From positions 3,276,677-3,340,676 of the forward strand of contig MU054117.1 in NCBI GenBank assembly GCA_013239625.1: a DNA stretch of 64,000 nt, written 5' to 3'. The translations under genes and the position numbers were made by a program. The DNA comes from Lama guanicoe. Its lineage: Eukaryota. Below, in pieces: positions 1 to 12,000 of the stretch (position 1 is its first letter; each line of letters starts with the position of its first letter). The notes beneath the pieces were generated by a model that saw nothing but the letters and a program-made list of their open reading frames with translations, ran no database searches and had not been told where the DNA came from.

Positions 1-279
1 CTTAAGCCCATATAGCAAACTGGTTACACTCGGACAGGAACTCAGGACTCCTGACTCTAGCCCAGCTCTGTTGAGAATGCAGCTTTCAGCAGAAACATGA
101 AAGATCGGCCCCTGCAGCTCTATCAATGAGAAAAGGGTCCCAGGAAAAGCAGAAGAGGTGTAAAAAGGGGGTGAGGCTTTGGGAGGCTAGGTTGGTTTCG
201 ATGACAAGTCCTCACTAATTCACAGTTTGGTTCACACGTGGAGTGGTCACATTTGCAGAAGACACTGGACTCCAGCACT

Positions 280-971
280 GTGGGTGAATCTGGGTTAGCC
301 CAGTGCAGTCATAGGTAATTCCATCCCCCTTATCTGCACTGAAGACTGGGAATGTAATTGAATTCTGGACGATGACATGAAAGGGGATGTCTGCAAAGAG
401 GATTCTAGAAAATTCTAGAATTCATCTCTTTCCTCAAAAAGAGAGAAAATTGACTCTTCCGTTTGTCTGCCTCTAAATGAGACTCCACTAGGAGGCATGG
501 ACCTAAGCGGCTGCAGCCACTTTGTGACCATGAGGCGAAAAGCCTGAGGGCAAAAATCAACCTGCTAAGGATGGTAGAACAGAAAGAGGGAAGGAAGGGG
601 AGGATTCAGCTCAACGGTGGAGTGCGCGCCTAGAAAGCACAAGGTCCAGGGTTCGATCCCTAGTACTCCATCAAAATAAATAAATAAATCCTAACTACCT
701 CCCCTACCTTGCCCCCACCAAAGGCACATACAGTGCTGTATGTTGATTATATCTCAACAAAACTAGAAGGGAAAAATAAAGAAATATTTTAAAAATTTTT
801 AAAAAGAGAGAAGGAATCTGGGTTTCCGATGATACTGAGCCATCAAATTACCCACCTCCAGAAATGATCTCAGGACTTGTCACCGCGTGTTGATAGACAT
901 CCTCCTTACTTCAGCCCTTTGAGTCAGGGTCTCGAGAGGTGCTTGCTGCGCCAAGCATTTCAACCAATACA
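280..971 (+). mobile_element. Old MaLR (MLT1-like) solo LTR remnant, interrupted by a SINE
   Basis: MLT1-type motifs (gcagccactttgtgaccatgagg...aggatggtagaacagaaaga) and a typical terminus (gccaagcatttcaaccaataca). The start is approximate. Confidence 0.6.
597..802 (+). mobile_element. tRNA-derived SINE (camelid Vic-1-like) with extended tail
   Basis: GGGGAGG start, A-box (agctcaacggtgg), B-box (ggttcgatccc) and AAAT tail. Flanking direct repeats AAAGAGGGAAGGAA (583-596) and AAAGAGAGAAGGAA (803-816). Confidence 0.85.
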
Positions 972-3154
972 CCATCTGTGCAGATAAATAGTTACACGAC
1001 AGAGACGACAATAAAGCCATGAGAGTGTAAAGGTCAAGGGCGTGGGCGGGGGTAAAAGTGATGTGGGAGGCCAGTGGTTAAGGATGAGAGAGGGAAAGAA
1101 GAGGAAGGAGGCAGAGGGAGAGCACCGTCAGGGGCGGGAGGGAGTCAGAACCTCTAAGTTGTGCAAGTTCACGGAATGCCAGGGTCAAGAAAAATTACTC
1201 AGTAAGTGGAAGGAAATGTGTGCAGAAATCCGTGACAGTTGCTGGGGGCAGAAAGCAGTGGGAAGAGGGGGCGGGATGGCTACTTGTCAGCTGACTAACG
1301 AGTGGCAGGACCGGTTGCCTGTCTGACAACTGTTGCATGGTGGCCGGGCGACCCCAGGGTCCACGACTTGGGGAGCTTTGGCCCTCGGGGTGAGAAAGAA
1401 GCGCCCCCTGCAGGTAGGGAAGCCACACGCCCAGAGCCTCTGGGGCAGCAGCTTCACAGAACGCTGCCCGTTGTCAGACTAGGAGCCCTGACACCTGGTC
1501 CCGACCTATCTTCTGTAGACAGAACGTGAAACGCAGAGCTGTGTTTATCGGCGGTGACTTGAGAGAAATCACTTTGTTGCTTTCTTGTTTCCAGCACAGG
1601 GAGCAGCCCTGCTCCCGGCCCTCCCCCTCCTCCTCCTTCCTTCCTCCAAGCCCCTTTGGCGCCCGGCGTCCCCTGTGCTTCCCGCCTCCCATCACAGGGT
1701 TCCCTCCCCTTGGCGTCCTTACTTCTCTGCGCATCTCTGCGCGCTCAGGTTTCTCTTCCTGTCCTTCGAGACTGTCACATCCTCGGGGGTGCCCTCCACA
1801 GCACCCCGGGCGGACGTTCTCTCTGGCACTTGGCTTGAACTTCTGTTCTTCTAAGCTGGGGCGGCGGAGAAGCATTTGGGGGCATCTGTGGTCTCCTGGA
1901 AACAAGAACCCAGACCCAGGAAGAAATTTACCTGCACAAATAAAGGCCGGGTGGCCAGCGGTCTGTCCCACGTGTGAGCAGAGGGTGGGCCTGGGGGAAG
2001 CTGAAGTGACCACCTCCTCCTCCCACCTACAAATAGCCCCTCCCCTCTCAGATGACGTCCAGGGCAGAACGACCTTGGCAAAGCAGGACGTGTTACCTCC
2101 GGAGGGTAAGTGACCTCACCGGCCCCCAGATAACTGTCCGTTTCCCCTTGGGCCCCCTCACTCGGTGGGCCTCCCCTCTGCTTGGCCTCGCTCCACTCTG
2201 CAGCCTGTGCTCCTGGGCTCCAGGCCCAACGTCTGGCCGCTCTCTCCTAATCTCTCTCCTTCTTTGTCCGGCATCGTTTCCTTCTGTCTGCCCACCTCTG
2301 TCCGATACTGTCCTTGTCCCTCCTCACCCCTCCTCCTTACTCCCTCGGCCTCCCAAGGGAGCAGCAGCTGGGAAACCGACCCAAAGGAGAGGAGGCTTCG
2401 GGGTCTGGATCGGACCAGCAGAAACTCTCACTTGTTCATCAGACCCTACTGGACCTTGGAGCGACGTCACGGATCAGGGTCCCAGAAGCTGGGACCAGAA
2501 ACACAGCCTGTGACCTTGTGAGCATCTTACACAGCTGGCCAGAATGTTCCTGACTGTGCACCCCAGGCAGTTTTAAAAATGGAGCAGTATCCTCAGTGTG
2601 TGCACGTCTACCTACTGCCAAGTCATTAACTAAATAAGATCATCCACTGTGGCAAAGAATGCTCGTGGCCTTCCATTAACCACCTCCCACTGTCCTACAG
2701 GATTGAAATTCAGAAATTTTGGCTGGACACAGAGCCATCCAAAAGGAAGAGTGTATTTCCCATGCCCGAGAAGCTAGGGTTGGCCATTTGGGTTAAGTGC
2801 TGGCCAGTGGAACTGGAGGGGAGGTGATGTGTAAGTTCTGGAACCTGCCCCTTCTTCCCCACTCCCCCAGGCAGCCCCTCCCGCCGGAGCACGGACCTGG
2901 TAGCAAACCATCCTGGACTCCACGCAGAAGGATACGATCTAGCAAAGGCGGGAGGCAGGGAGGAGCAGCCTGGGTCTCCGGACAGCCTGGCGGAGCAGAG
3001 ACCTCGTGGCAGCCTGGGCCTCCAGACACCTCCGTCTGATCTGGGTCCTGCTGTCAGAAGCTGAAGTCACTGTGTGGTACTTTTATAACAATGTTGTGTA
3101 CATCACTTTACAACCGCAAAATGGAGACTGTGAACAGAATGGTATTTTCAAATC

Positions 3155-3327
3155 GACTTTTGATTTTAGAAAAAGTTTCGATTTACAGGGAATGGGTCAA
3201 CATGGTTCCGGGAGTCCCCATATACCCACGCCCGGTGTCCCCTATTATTAATTAACGTCTCCGTGAGCAGGGCAAATGAGAATCGCAAGTTCTCCCGATT
3301 TATGAACCAGCACTGATACATTGTTAC
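3155..3327 (-). mobile_element. Old L1 (L1M-type) 3' fragment
   Basis: Resembles the reverse complement of an L1MC/MD 3' end (gagtccccatataccc...tgaaccagcactgatacattgtta). Confidence 0.5.
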
Positions 3328-6300
3328 GCGCAAGCCCTTGCTAGACTATGGTTTGTTTTTCTTGATTGATAGAAGGTTATTATTTCCTCCCTCACCCCGG
3401 CACCGGGTGTGCCGCTGCCCCAGGCGGAGACCTTTGCTTTCGGTGGGCCCCTCTTAGCCCTCTCACTAGTAACATAGCTCAGGAATGAGGCCCTCAGAGG
3501 GGACATCAGGTAAAGGGAGGCCAAAAAGTGTGAGTTCTGAGCAGGCGCCGAGAAACAGACTGGTTAGGTCTCCGGGGATCAGTCCAGAAAGCTTCCTGGA
3601 AGTCGGGTTTGGCCGGGAGAGATGGGGACTGATGGAGAGGAGGCTCTGGCATTTCCGAGGCAGAGACAAGCCCTGTGCTGACCCCAGGAGTGGGCAGGAG
3701 CAGAGGAGGGTGGCAGTGAGTGTAAGTCTGGTTTGCAGTAGGAGCGGGGGCTGGGAAGCAGCACAGAGCTGGGCTGAGCCAGGGAGGTGGGTGGCGGACT
3801 CCTGCCCTGGGTCTCGGGTGCTCCTTCTCAAAGAGCCTATTTTCTTGAACCCAAGGCGCTGTCTGTTCTGCGGGAACCCCGTGTGCCCCGGCTCCCTGCT
3901 AAAACAGCGGGCTCTTCCTTGACCCTGGGGAGCCCACGTACCTGGGCGTGGCCACAGTCTTGGAGAAGAATCACAGCAAGAACCACCCCGCCCCCTCTTC
4001 AGGACAGGCCGTGAGTTTAGAGCTATTGGGGGCGACCAAGGCTTTTTCTGACACATATTTAAGGAATGCACCCCTTACCCAGCCCTCACTGAGAGCTTCT
4101 GTTCAAACTCGGATTCCCAGGTTTTAGGTGACTGTACGGGGAAGATGGCTGTGGAATGAAGCAGCTCAAGAAGAGGGGAACAAATCTGGAGAGTAGAATT
4201 AGGGTCCTCCGGAATTTCTGCAGAGCCCCCCGTATCTCCCATACTGACTTCCACTCTCACTTTAATCCTTAATCACCCACCTCCCCAAACATCAACCACT
4301 CAGGCACATTTAGTATTTGCCACACACCACGTTTCTCGGCATCCTTCTGCCCCTGGAGTGCCACTCCCATCTCTCCTTCCCAAACCCCGCTGTCCCCCAA
4401 ATTCCGAGTCAAATCCCTCCTCTCGGCTTCCCGGCCCGGCACCCACCTGCTGGGAGGGGACCAGGTCTCCCCGTCCTCTGTATTCCAGGGGCCCTGTTTA
4501 TCCGTCAGTGGTGCTGTTAGTTTTTGACACGTCCGTGTCCAGCTGGACTGTGGGGAGCATGGAGGCCGGGACCTTTGTTTTCTGTCTCTCTCACCCCCAT
4601 CTCCCCTCTCCCCAAACTCAGGAGATACTCCTGGCAAATCCTATGCTGAGGGAGGAGGAGAAGGGCCAGCCGACTTCGCCCACTGCTGGAAGAGCAGAGC
4701 TTCCTTGTCCACACTCTGAATCAGACCGTCCTCAGTGGACCACCTCTCCCTCAAGCTAAGGGAGGCCACTGCCGAGTGAGGAGGTGACACTGGATCTCAG
4801 GGAACCATGAGACCAAGCAGGGATGGGATGAATCAGCTTGACCGGCGGTGGGAGGCTCCAGACCCAGAAGGAGGAGACTGCTTAGAGCCCTGGCTGGGAG
4901 AAACTGCCAGGCTGCCTCTTTGGGAAAGGTCACCCTGATGCCACACGGACAGGACGACGGAGTTACGGATTCCCAGGCCGCTCAAGGGACCCAGGAGAGG
5001 AGAGCGGGCAAGTCCAGAGATCGCCGTGAGCCCGCACGGCTCCTCTCCCTGCCCCCGTCTCCTCCCATGTCCCATTACTCCGAAGGGGTCGGACAGGAGT
5101 GAAGGCTTAAGGGAGAGACCACGGACCAGAGGCTCCCCTCATCGTGGAACCTCCTGCAACGCGCTTGTACAGATGGGATCCAAATCTCCTACCCAAAACT
5201 TTATTTTTCATCCAGAACCAAATATAGAAAGTTGACATTCTTTGTGAACCATCTCCACCAGGCGCAAACAAACGATTTGTCAAATGAATGTTTAGAACTG
5301 TTTCCCAGACCATGAGGATTCTTGTTACCTCAGCCATTCTGTAGGGCAGTGTTTGGGGTACCACCTCCCACCTGACCGTCCACCTCTTCCCTCCTCCAAA
5401 GGTCTCCAGAGAAGCGCCCAGTGGCCCCCAGAAGGTCACAGAGCCCAGAGCCTTGGCACAGCTCACTCTCACCAGTGGCTTTTCCCCACCATCCTCCATG
5501 CCACCCCTCCCCACTTCCTCTGTGCCTTCCCACCCCCATATGCTGTTGGGATCCTTGGATGGGAGGTGCTTGGCAGCTCCATGGGTTTCTGGGGCAGCTG
5601 GCCTCCCCTGGACACCCCAGTGCTGGTAGCTTTCATCCCGATGCGGCCGTGGCCCTTGGGCTTGGAACCAGCATCATCAAATTCATCTCCCTCTTATCCT
5701 TCAAAGGGAGGGGGATGGCTCCTGGGAAGCACCCGGACTCCCCAGCACCCTGTGCAACATTCAGCTCTTGATTCCACGCAAGAACAAGAAAACAGCTCCG
5801 GGGTTAAGTGCTCCATGCTTCCCTGAGAAGGGCCGACTCACCTGCCTGTGGCACACGAGCAGCCTCCTCTCCATCACTTACCATCTGTCAGACGAAAGCT
5901 CCCACACTGTCGTAGGGAAGACTGGGCCCCCATCACACACAATCATCAAGCATCTCAAACCCACCCTGTTTGGCTTTGGAGAAATTGATAATTTTTTTCC
6001 TTTTCTTGCAGTTGACTTTCCGGAATCTATTGAATATTAAAACCCATCCGTCCCTTGGACAGGGATGGGGGTGGGTGGGGCTGATTCCTGATGAGACCTG
6101 GCCATAAACGGGTCTCAGAATAGATGGTCCCCGTGGAGAGGTCTGAGCGGCTGTGCTCCGAGAAGTCTTCTTAAAATCACGGGTATCAAAGAAAGTCTTG
6201 AGTGCTGGGTGTGTTCAGGATTTTCTCCACTTGGAAAACAAAACCAGAGTCATAAAGTAGCGATGCTGGATGGGGACTTGGAACCACTGACTGTAACCCC

Positions 6301-6640
6301 CGTCTACGCAGATGAGGGAGCTCGAACCACAGGGTAGGTCGGGGCACCTTGACGGGACAGCACATCGCCTCCTCCTCCTCATTAGAACTTTGAGTCATGT
6401 GCCCTTTTACCCAGAAACCAGCCCACTTCCCAGCAACCTCGCCCTGCAGCAGCCCAGCTCCACACACGTATTTCTGCCCAGTTGCTATTTTTTGCACCTG
6501 CTGGTGTGTCCTTTTTGTATGTGTCATTATGTACATTTTAATGACTTATTTCCCCTATTAACTTAGAAACTAGAAAAAAATTGGAGTCCTTTGGGTTTTT
6601 TGTAAGCTCCACATTAATGCTTCATTACCTGGTGACTCCT

Positions 6641-7220
6641 TTATTTAATTTTTTTATTGAAGTGTAGTTGATTTGCGTTCAGAAGTCCAGCAAAGCAATT
6701 CAGTTACACAGAAGCATACGTACCTATTTTTCCTTTTCAGATTCTTTTTCATTATATGTTATTACAAGAAATTGAACATAGTTCCTTGTGCTGCACAGCA
6801 GGTCCTTGTTGTTTACCTATTTCATATACAGTAATGTGTAACTGTTAATCCCAAACTCCTAATTTATCCCTCCCTCCTCTTTCCCCTTTGGTAACCATAG
6901 TTTGTTTTCTATGTCTGTAAGTCTGTTTTAGTCTGTAAATAGAATTTGTAACACTTTTTTTTAGATATGATATTTGTCTTTCTCTGTCTGACTTATTTCA
7001 CTTAGTATGATCATCTCTAGGTCCATCCATGTTGCTGCAAATGGCATTATTTCAATCTTTTTTATGGCTGAGTAGTATTCCATTGTATATATATACCACA
7101 ACTTCTTTATCCAGTCATCTGTGGATGGACATTTAGGTTGCTTCTATGTCTTGGCTACTGTAAATAGTGCTGCTATGAACACTGGGGCATGTGTCTTTTC
7201 AAAGTAGAGTTTTCTCCAGT
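6641..7220 (-). mobile_element. 5'-truncated LINE-1 3' end
   Basis: T-rich tail then ttattgaagtgtagttgattt. Hallmark antisense L1 motifs (ctaggtccatccatgttgctgcaaatggcattatttc; ttttatggctgagtagtattccattgtatatatataccaca). Confidence 0.9.
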
Positions 7221-7639
7221 TGATGACTTCTAACTGAAGGCCCCTGGCAGCCATCTCTGGGGGCCTCCTCTGGCCATCATCCAGGGTTCAAGTCCTGAGT
7301 TTGTTACTCTCCAGCCACATGATCTTGGGCACAAGACTAATCCCTCTGGAAGTGGCTTCGAGGGAGGGCTTCAGTTCTCACGGCAGCGCGGCCACACACA
7401 CACACACACAGCGTGTCAAGTGAGAACAATGGATAGTGAAAGCCAGCTTCAGGAGGGCTCTCCTGGGACCCCTACAAATATGAATTAAAATGATTCAAAT
7501 TCTGCAGCTGCTGCTGCTCCCCCAGCGTCAGTTTCCTCATCTATAAAAAGGAGACCATGATATCTTATGAGACTATGGGGAAAATTCAGTAAGACAGTCT
7601 ATGGAAAGCATTTAGCTCTTGGGAAACTTCAACACATCC

Positions 7640-7930
7640 TGCTCAAGTACTGCCTAGGGTTAGGGGTCCAAGGACAAATAAAACCTGGTCCCTACCCTCA
7701 AATGCTCACAGATCCCAAAGCAGGCAGACAGGTGGACCTGTGATGACTGTGCGATAAAGTCAAGGCAGTCACAGAGGGATGAAGGGGACAGTGTTAACCA
7801 GAGGAGGGGACACCACCTCGAGCTGTTGAAGGAGCTCTGGGAGGATTTCACAGAGGATGGAATGCTTGACTGTGGAGCATGAATAGGACATGTGGGCATC
7901 ACGCTAACCAGAAGGAACACCCTGTAAAAA
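7640..7930 (-). mobile_element. L2 remnant
   Basis: L2-like motifs (ggtccctaccctcaaatgctcacagatc; ggaggatttcacagaggatg). Confidence 0.5.
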
Positions 7931-8083
7931 ATCCAGAGGCTTTAAATGTCATAGCACCTGCAAGGTGCCTGAGTAACTAAGTTGGTGGAGCGAGGAGTTA
8001 ACAGGCAGGGGGACAGCTCTGGAGTCAGCAAGACCTGAGTTCTGCTCATGGTTCCATCCCCAACCAGCTGTATGAGCAAGAAC

Positions 8084-8480
8084 CTTTTATTTTTTTACTG
8101 AAGCCAAGTTGATTCACAACAATGTGTTAGTTTCCGGTGTCCAGCAAAATGAGTCAGTTCTACATATATATTCTTTTCATTATAGGTTATTACAAGCTAC
8201 TGACTCTTATATGTGCAATCTAAAGACAATGCCACAAATGAACTTATTTACAAAACAGAAACAGGCTCACAGACCTAGAAAACAAACTTATGGAGACCAA
8301 AGGGGAAGACGGAGGGGATAAATTAGGAATTTGGGATGTGCAGGTACAAACTACTATCTATAAAATATTTTTTTTCTTTTTTCAATGGAGGTAATGGAGA
8401 TGCATGCTAAGCACATGCTCTGCCCCGGAGTTGTTACCATCCCCTCAACAAACTACTATACATAAAATAGATGAACAAAT
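8084..8480 (-). mobile_element. 5'-inverted, truncated LINE-1
   Basis: 8084-8196 is the antisense L1 3' terminus. 8200-8480 is the adjacent upstream L1 3' UTR in sense orientation (aatgaacttatttacaaaacagaaacag...). Confidence 0.8.
8368..8445 (-). mobile_element. Internally deleted Vic-1-like SINE inserted in the L1
   Basis: Poly-T then aatggaggta...catgctaagcacatgctct...cccct. Flanked by ACAAACTACTATCTATAAAATA (8346-8367) and ACAAACTACTATACATAAAATA (8448-8469). Confidence 0.75.
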
Positions 8481-8534
8481 CTGTTACCTCTCCAAGCCTC
8501 TGTTTCCTCATCTGTAAAAAAGGCAGACTATGCA

Positions 8535-8646
8535 AATGAATATGTATATGTGTGCATATACATATACACACCTGACTGGGACACTGTGCTGGACACCAGA
8601 AACTGACGCATTGTAACTGACTGTACTGCAATTTAAAAAGAAAAAG
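8535..8646 (+). mobile_element. Short L1 3' terminus
   Basis: gactgggacactgtgctggacaccagaaactgacgcattgtaactgactgtactgcaat followed by an A-rich tail. AAAAAGGCA is present on both sides. Confidence 0.7.
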
Positions 8647-9028
8647 GCACGAGGACAGAACAAGTTTTGCTGTAACAAACCCCTGTTGCTCGGCGGTGGC
8701 ATCTACTTGGTGGCCTGTGCACGGGCACCTGCCCCCGCCGAGCCCTCCTCAGTGGCCTGGGTTTTGCCTGAAAGCTGTAGGGTTCGGGCTGGGCGAACGC
8801 AGGCGTCAGACAGAGCCACGAGGGTGGAGGCTGCAGCGGTGGGGGTGGGACTGTCTCAGGAAAACGCCAGGAGGACCTGAAGCCCTAACGGCAGGGGTGG
8901 GGATGCCCATGAAGGGAGGTGGTCCGGAGAGTCGGTGGGCTTGGGGGCACACATGGCAGTTTGTGAAACTTAAATGAGGTGAGTGAGGGAGAAGAATTGA
9001 GCGTGATGCCTTTACCGAGTAGAATCGC

Positions 9029-9030
<2 letters not shown>

Positions 9031-9065
<35 letters not shown>
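9031..9065. repeat. (GT)17 microsatellite
   Basis: Perfect GT dinucleotide run. Confidence 0.98.
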
Positions 9066-9069
<4 letters not shown>

Positions 9070-12000
9070 GAAATAAATAGATGGAGGGTATACAACAAGC
9101 ACACAATAGAGCCAGCATCGTTACTGTCTTGTGAAGATTGGCCCACCTCCTCCTCTCCGGGATGAAACCCCGAGACCCAGAGGGGCAGAGCCACCCCCCA
9201 GGCCCTGGGTGGGAGTGGGGCTGGGGGGCCAGTGCCCAGCGGAGGGGTGAGAACCAGCCCTGGGGGCTCCTCGTACCAGTGAAGCCAACGGTATTAGTTC
9301 GATGTCTGAGATTGTTGTCCTGCAGAAGGGGAGATGGACCCTCGTACGAGAGGCCAGTTGCTGCCAAGGGCTCGGCTCTAAAAACCAATACCCAGTGTCT
9401 AGGAGGATAAAGCTGCGTCCAGACTGCTGACCATGCAAACCCAGAGCCCTGAGTGGCTGCGGTCACACCGCAGGCAGATACTTCTGCGGCTCCACATCGC
9501 TGGCCCTGCGCTGGGACACCCGTCATGGGGACACTATGAGGTTCCCGCTTTGCTGGAACGCTTTGCTGGGGGGCCAGGCGGAGAGGGAGGTGGGAGGCGG
9601 AGGGAGCACATGCTTGTGCCCACGGGGCAAACTGGAAAGTCCCCCGCCCAGAGGGTGGAGCCGTGGGAGGCAGGGTGTTTCGGGGTGGGGGTACGGGGTC
9701 TTTGTAACCAGGAGCAGCAGGTGAGTCCACAGTTTTCAGCCGAGCAGCAAGCATCCTTTTCTGAAGGAGAGCCAGCCAGGATGGCCAAGCTGGACCCAAG
9801 CCTCCTCTGGGTCTCGATGGGCAGTGTGCACCTTATGCCCTGCCTGCTGGCCCCAGACCTCTCCAGCATCCTGCACCCAGGCCCCCCAGCGCCCCTGCCC
9901 CACTCGGACTGCCCCCGCCTCTCCGCCTGTGCCGAGAGCTGGCAGCTGTGCCCGCGCCTGGCAGGGCCGGCAGGGGAAGGGCTCCGACTCCCTCCCGACC
10001 TCAACCGTCCAGCTGTCGCTCCCCCTCCATGCCCACCATTTGGCAGAGTGCAGCCCCCACCCCCACGCCAGACTGGTCTAGCAGGCACCGCCGAAGTTTC
10101 CACAGAAACTCTGACTTTCCCGGGGTTTGGAGCGGGCCGGGCAAAGAGGGAGGTGGGTGGTTTCGCCGGCCACAGTTCCAACTGCTGCTGGCTTCGGGAG
10201 CCCCTCTCCTCCCACGGCTTCTGGCGGGGCCCTGGCACGGCCACTACAGAGGTTTGGCAAGTCCTGGCAGAAGGGGGCGGGTGGCCTATGATTGATTCCT
10301 AGTCCTCTGCTCCCCTGAAATCCCGAATAGCAAAATCACACTTCAGTGTCGCTCTCAACCACTCAGAACTTTCTAAATTTTATTTCACTTCATCCCCATG
10401 ATTTTGATCTTGATGATGAACCCCTTTCAGCCAAAGGAGAACCGGAGACCAGAGTGGGTAAAATGACTTGCCCAAGGTCCCACAGCTCAGGTGAGCTGGC
10501 GTGGAACCTGTGGCCCTTTCCCCAGGTCACCCCCGCCAGGCGGCACAGCGTACTCCTGGGGGTCACGGTGGAGATGCCTTTGCACTTTTCACAGCCTCCC
10601 TTGGCCTAGAAGAGCCTGGAGACGCCCTGCTTAGGGAGCACTCGGCGCCGCAGAGGGAAAGCCCCTCACCCCTGGGCGGCCTCGCCACGCCTGGGCACCA
10701 GCACCTGCCCTCCCTTCTCTTTCCAGTTTGCTGGAGACGTGCGCTTTGTGATCAGCTCCGTGTCCCAGGCAAACCTTTTTATCAACGTGGAAACCCCGAA
10801 GGAAAGATGCTTTGCTTGTGTTTTTCTGTAGGGGTGAGGGAAGTGGCCAAGGACAAAGGAAGTCAGAAACGCGGGGCAGGATGAGGGCAGAGCAGGACGA
10901 GGAGAGCAGGAAGGGGCACCTCGTGGGTGGCTGGAAGCAGGGCTTTGGGGCTTTGCTCCCTGTGTGCCCGCTTCTTGGCGGTTTCTTGTGCCGACTTACT
11001 GACCAGACCCTGCCTGGCCTGAGAAGAGAACCCCCTAAAGGCAAAAGGTAAGTAACTACTCATGCCTGAATCCACAGGACCAAAGTCAGTGGGTCCAGCC
11101 CATCCCTGACCCAATAGTGAGTCTGAACCCTGTCTTACAGGTGTCCAGAGAAGGAGGTGTCAATTCACTCCTGGGTCTCCCGGCTCTGGTTGATTTGAGG
11201 TTCTTCCTAGAGTCTAGCCTAAATCCTTCCTACTGCATTTTAAAAAGACCGTGGGATCTCTGGAGGAGAGAGCAGGCTGGGTACCAACAGGCAGGAAATG
11301 AAATCACGAGGCTGGCCTTTTCCCTCTTTCCTTCCCTCTCCCCTCCCCCTCCCCCATCACCCCACCACCCCCCGTGCGTGGGACCGGCTTGTCAGATGCT
11401 TTGCTGTGTGCACCGTGCCTTTCTTTATGTGTTAGGGATTTCTGCCTTCAGCCTTCGGGCTTCTCCTAGCTGCCCTGACAAGGGAAATCCCGTAATGAAG
11501 GATTTCACGGGGGTCCACAGTCTGGGAGAGGCTTTTTTCTACATCTGTCATCTCGCTCCGTGCTTTGACCAGCTGTGCTGGGGAGGAACGCCTGGGTTTG
11601 GCTGTTGACACGGAGCGGCAAGTGGACCCAAGCAAGTAGCCTGGGGTCGGATGACAATGAAATGCGGCATTAAGGACGAGAGTGCACACTTCAGGGCTAC
11701 GGATGGAGGCGGACGGGGTGAGGAGAAGAGTGTAAAGAAAGGGGAGCAGAGCCGGTGAGAAGCAGGTCCTCCACGGCGGTGGGACCACAGAACAGCCTGG
11801 GAGCCCCTGGCCCGCCACCTGGCCAGACACTCAGGGTCGCCACTTCCACCCACGAAGCAGAGGCTTTGAGGTCCCCCAGATCTCAGTTTAAATGCCGGCT
11901 CCAGCCCGGCTTGCTATGACCTTGGGCCCTTACCTTCCCTGAGCCTCAGTTTCCTCACTTGAATGTCAAGGCTGGGGAAGCAGACATCACCAGCTGCCCT

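Larger units (their letters stand above)
8015..8530 (+). mobile_element. MIR split by nested L1 and SINE insertions
   Basis: MIR head (ctggagtcagcaagacctgagttct...agctgtatga) ends at ~8080. The MIR core (acctctccaagcctctgtttcctcatctgtaaaa) resumes at ~8485. Confidence 0.7.

Noticed and set aside
8885..10302. Overlapping long ORFs (304, 289 and 236 aa) on both strands
   Set aside because: Pro/Gly/Ala/Arg-rich with no recognisable domain; one runs through the GT microsatellite. Expected by chance in GC-rich DNA.
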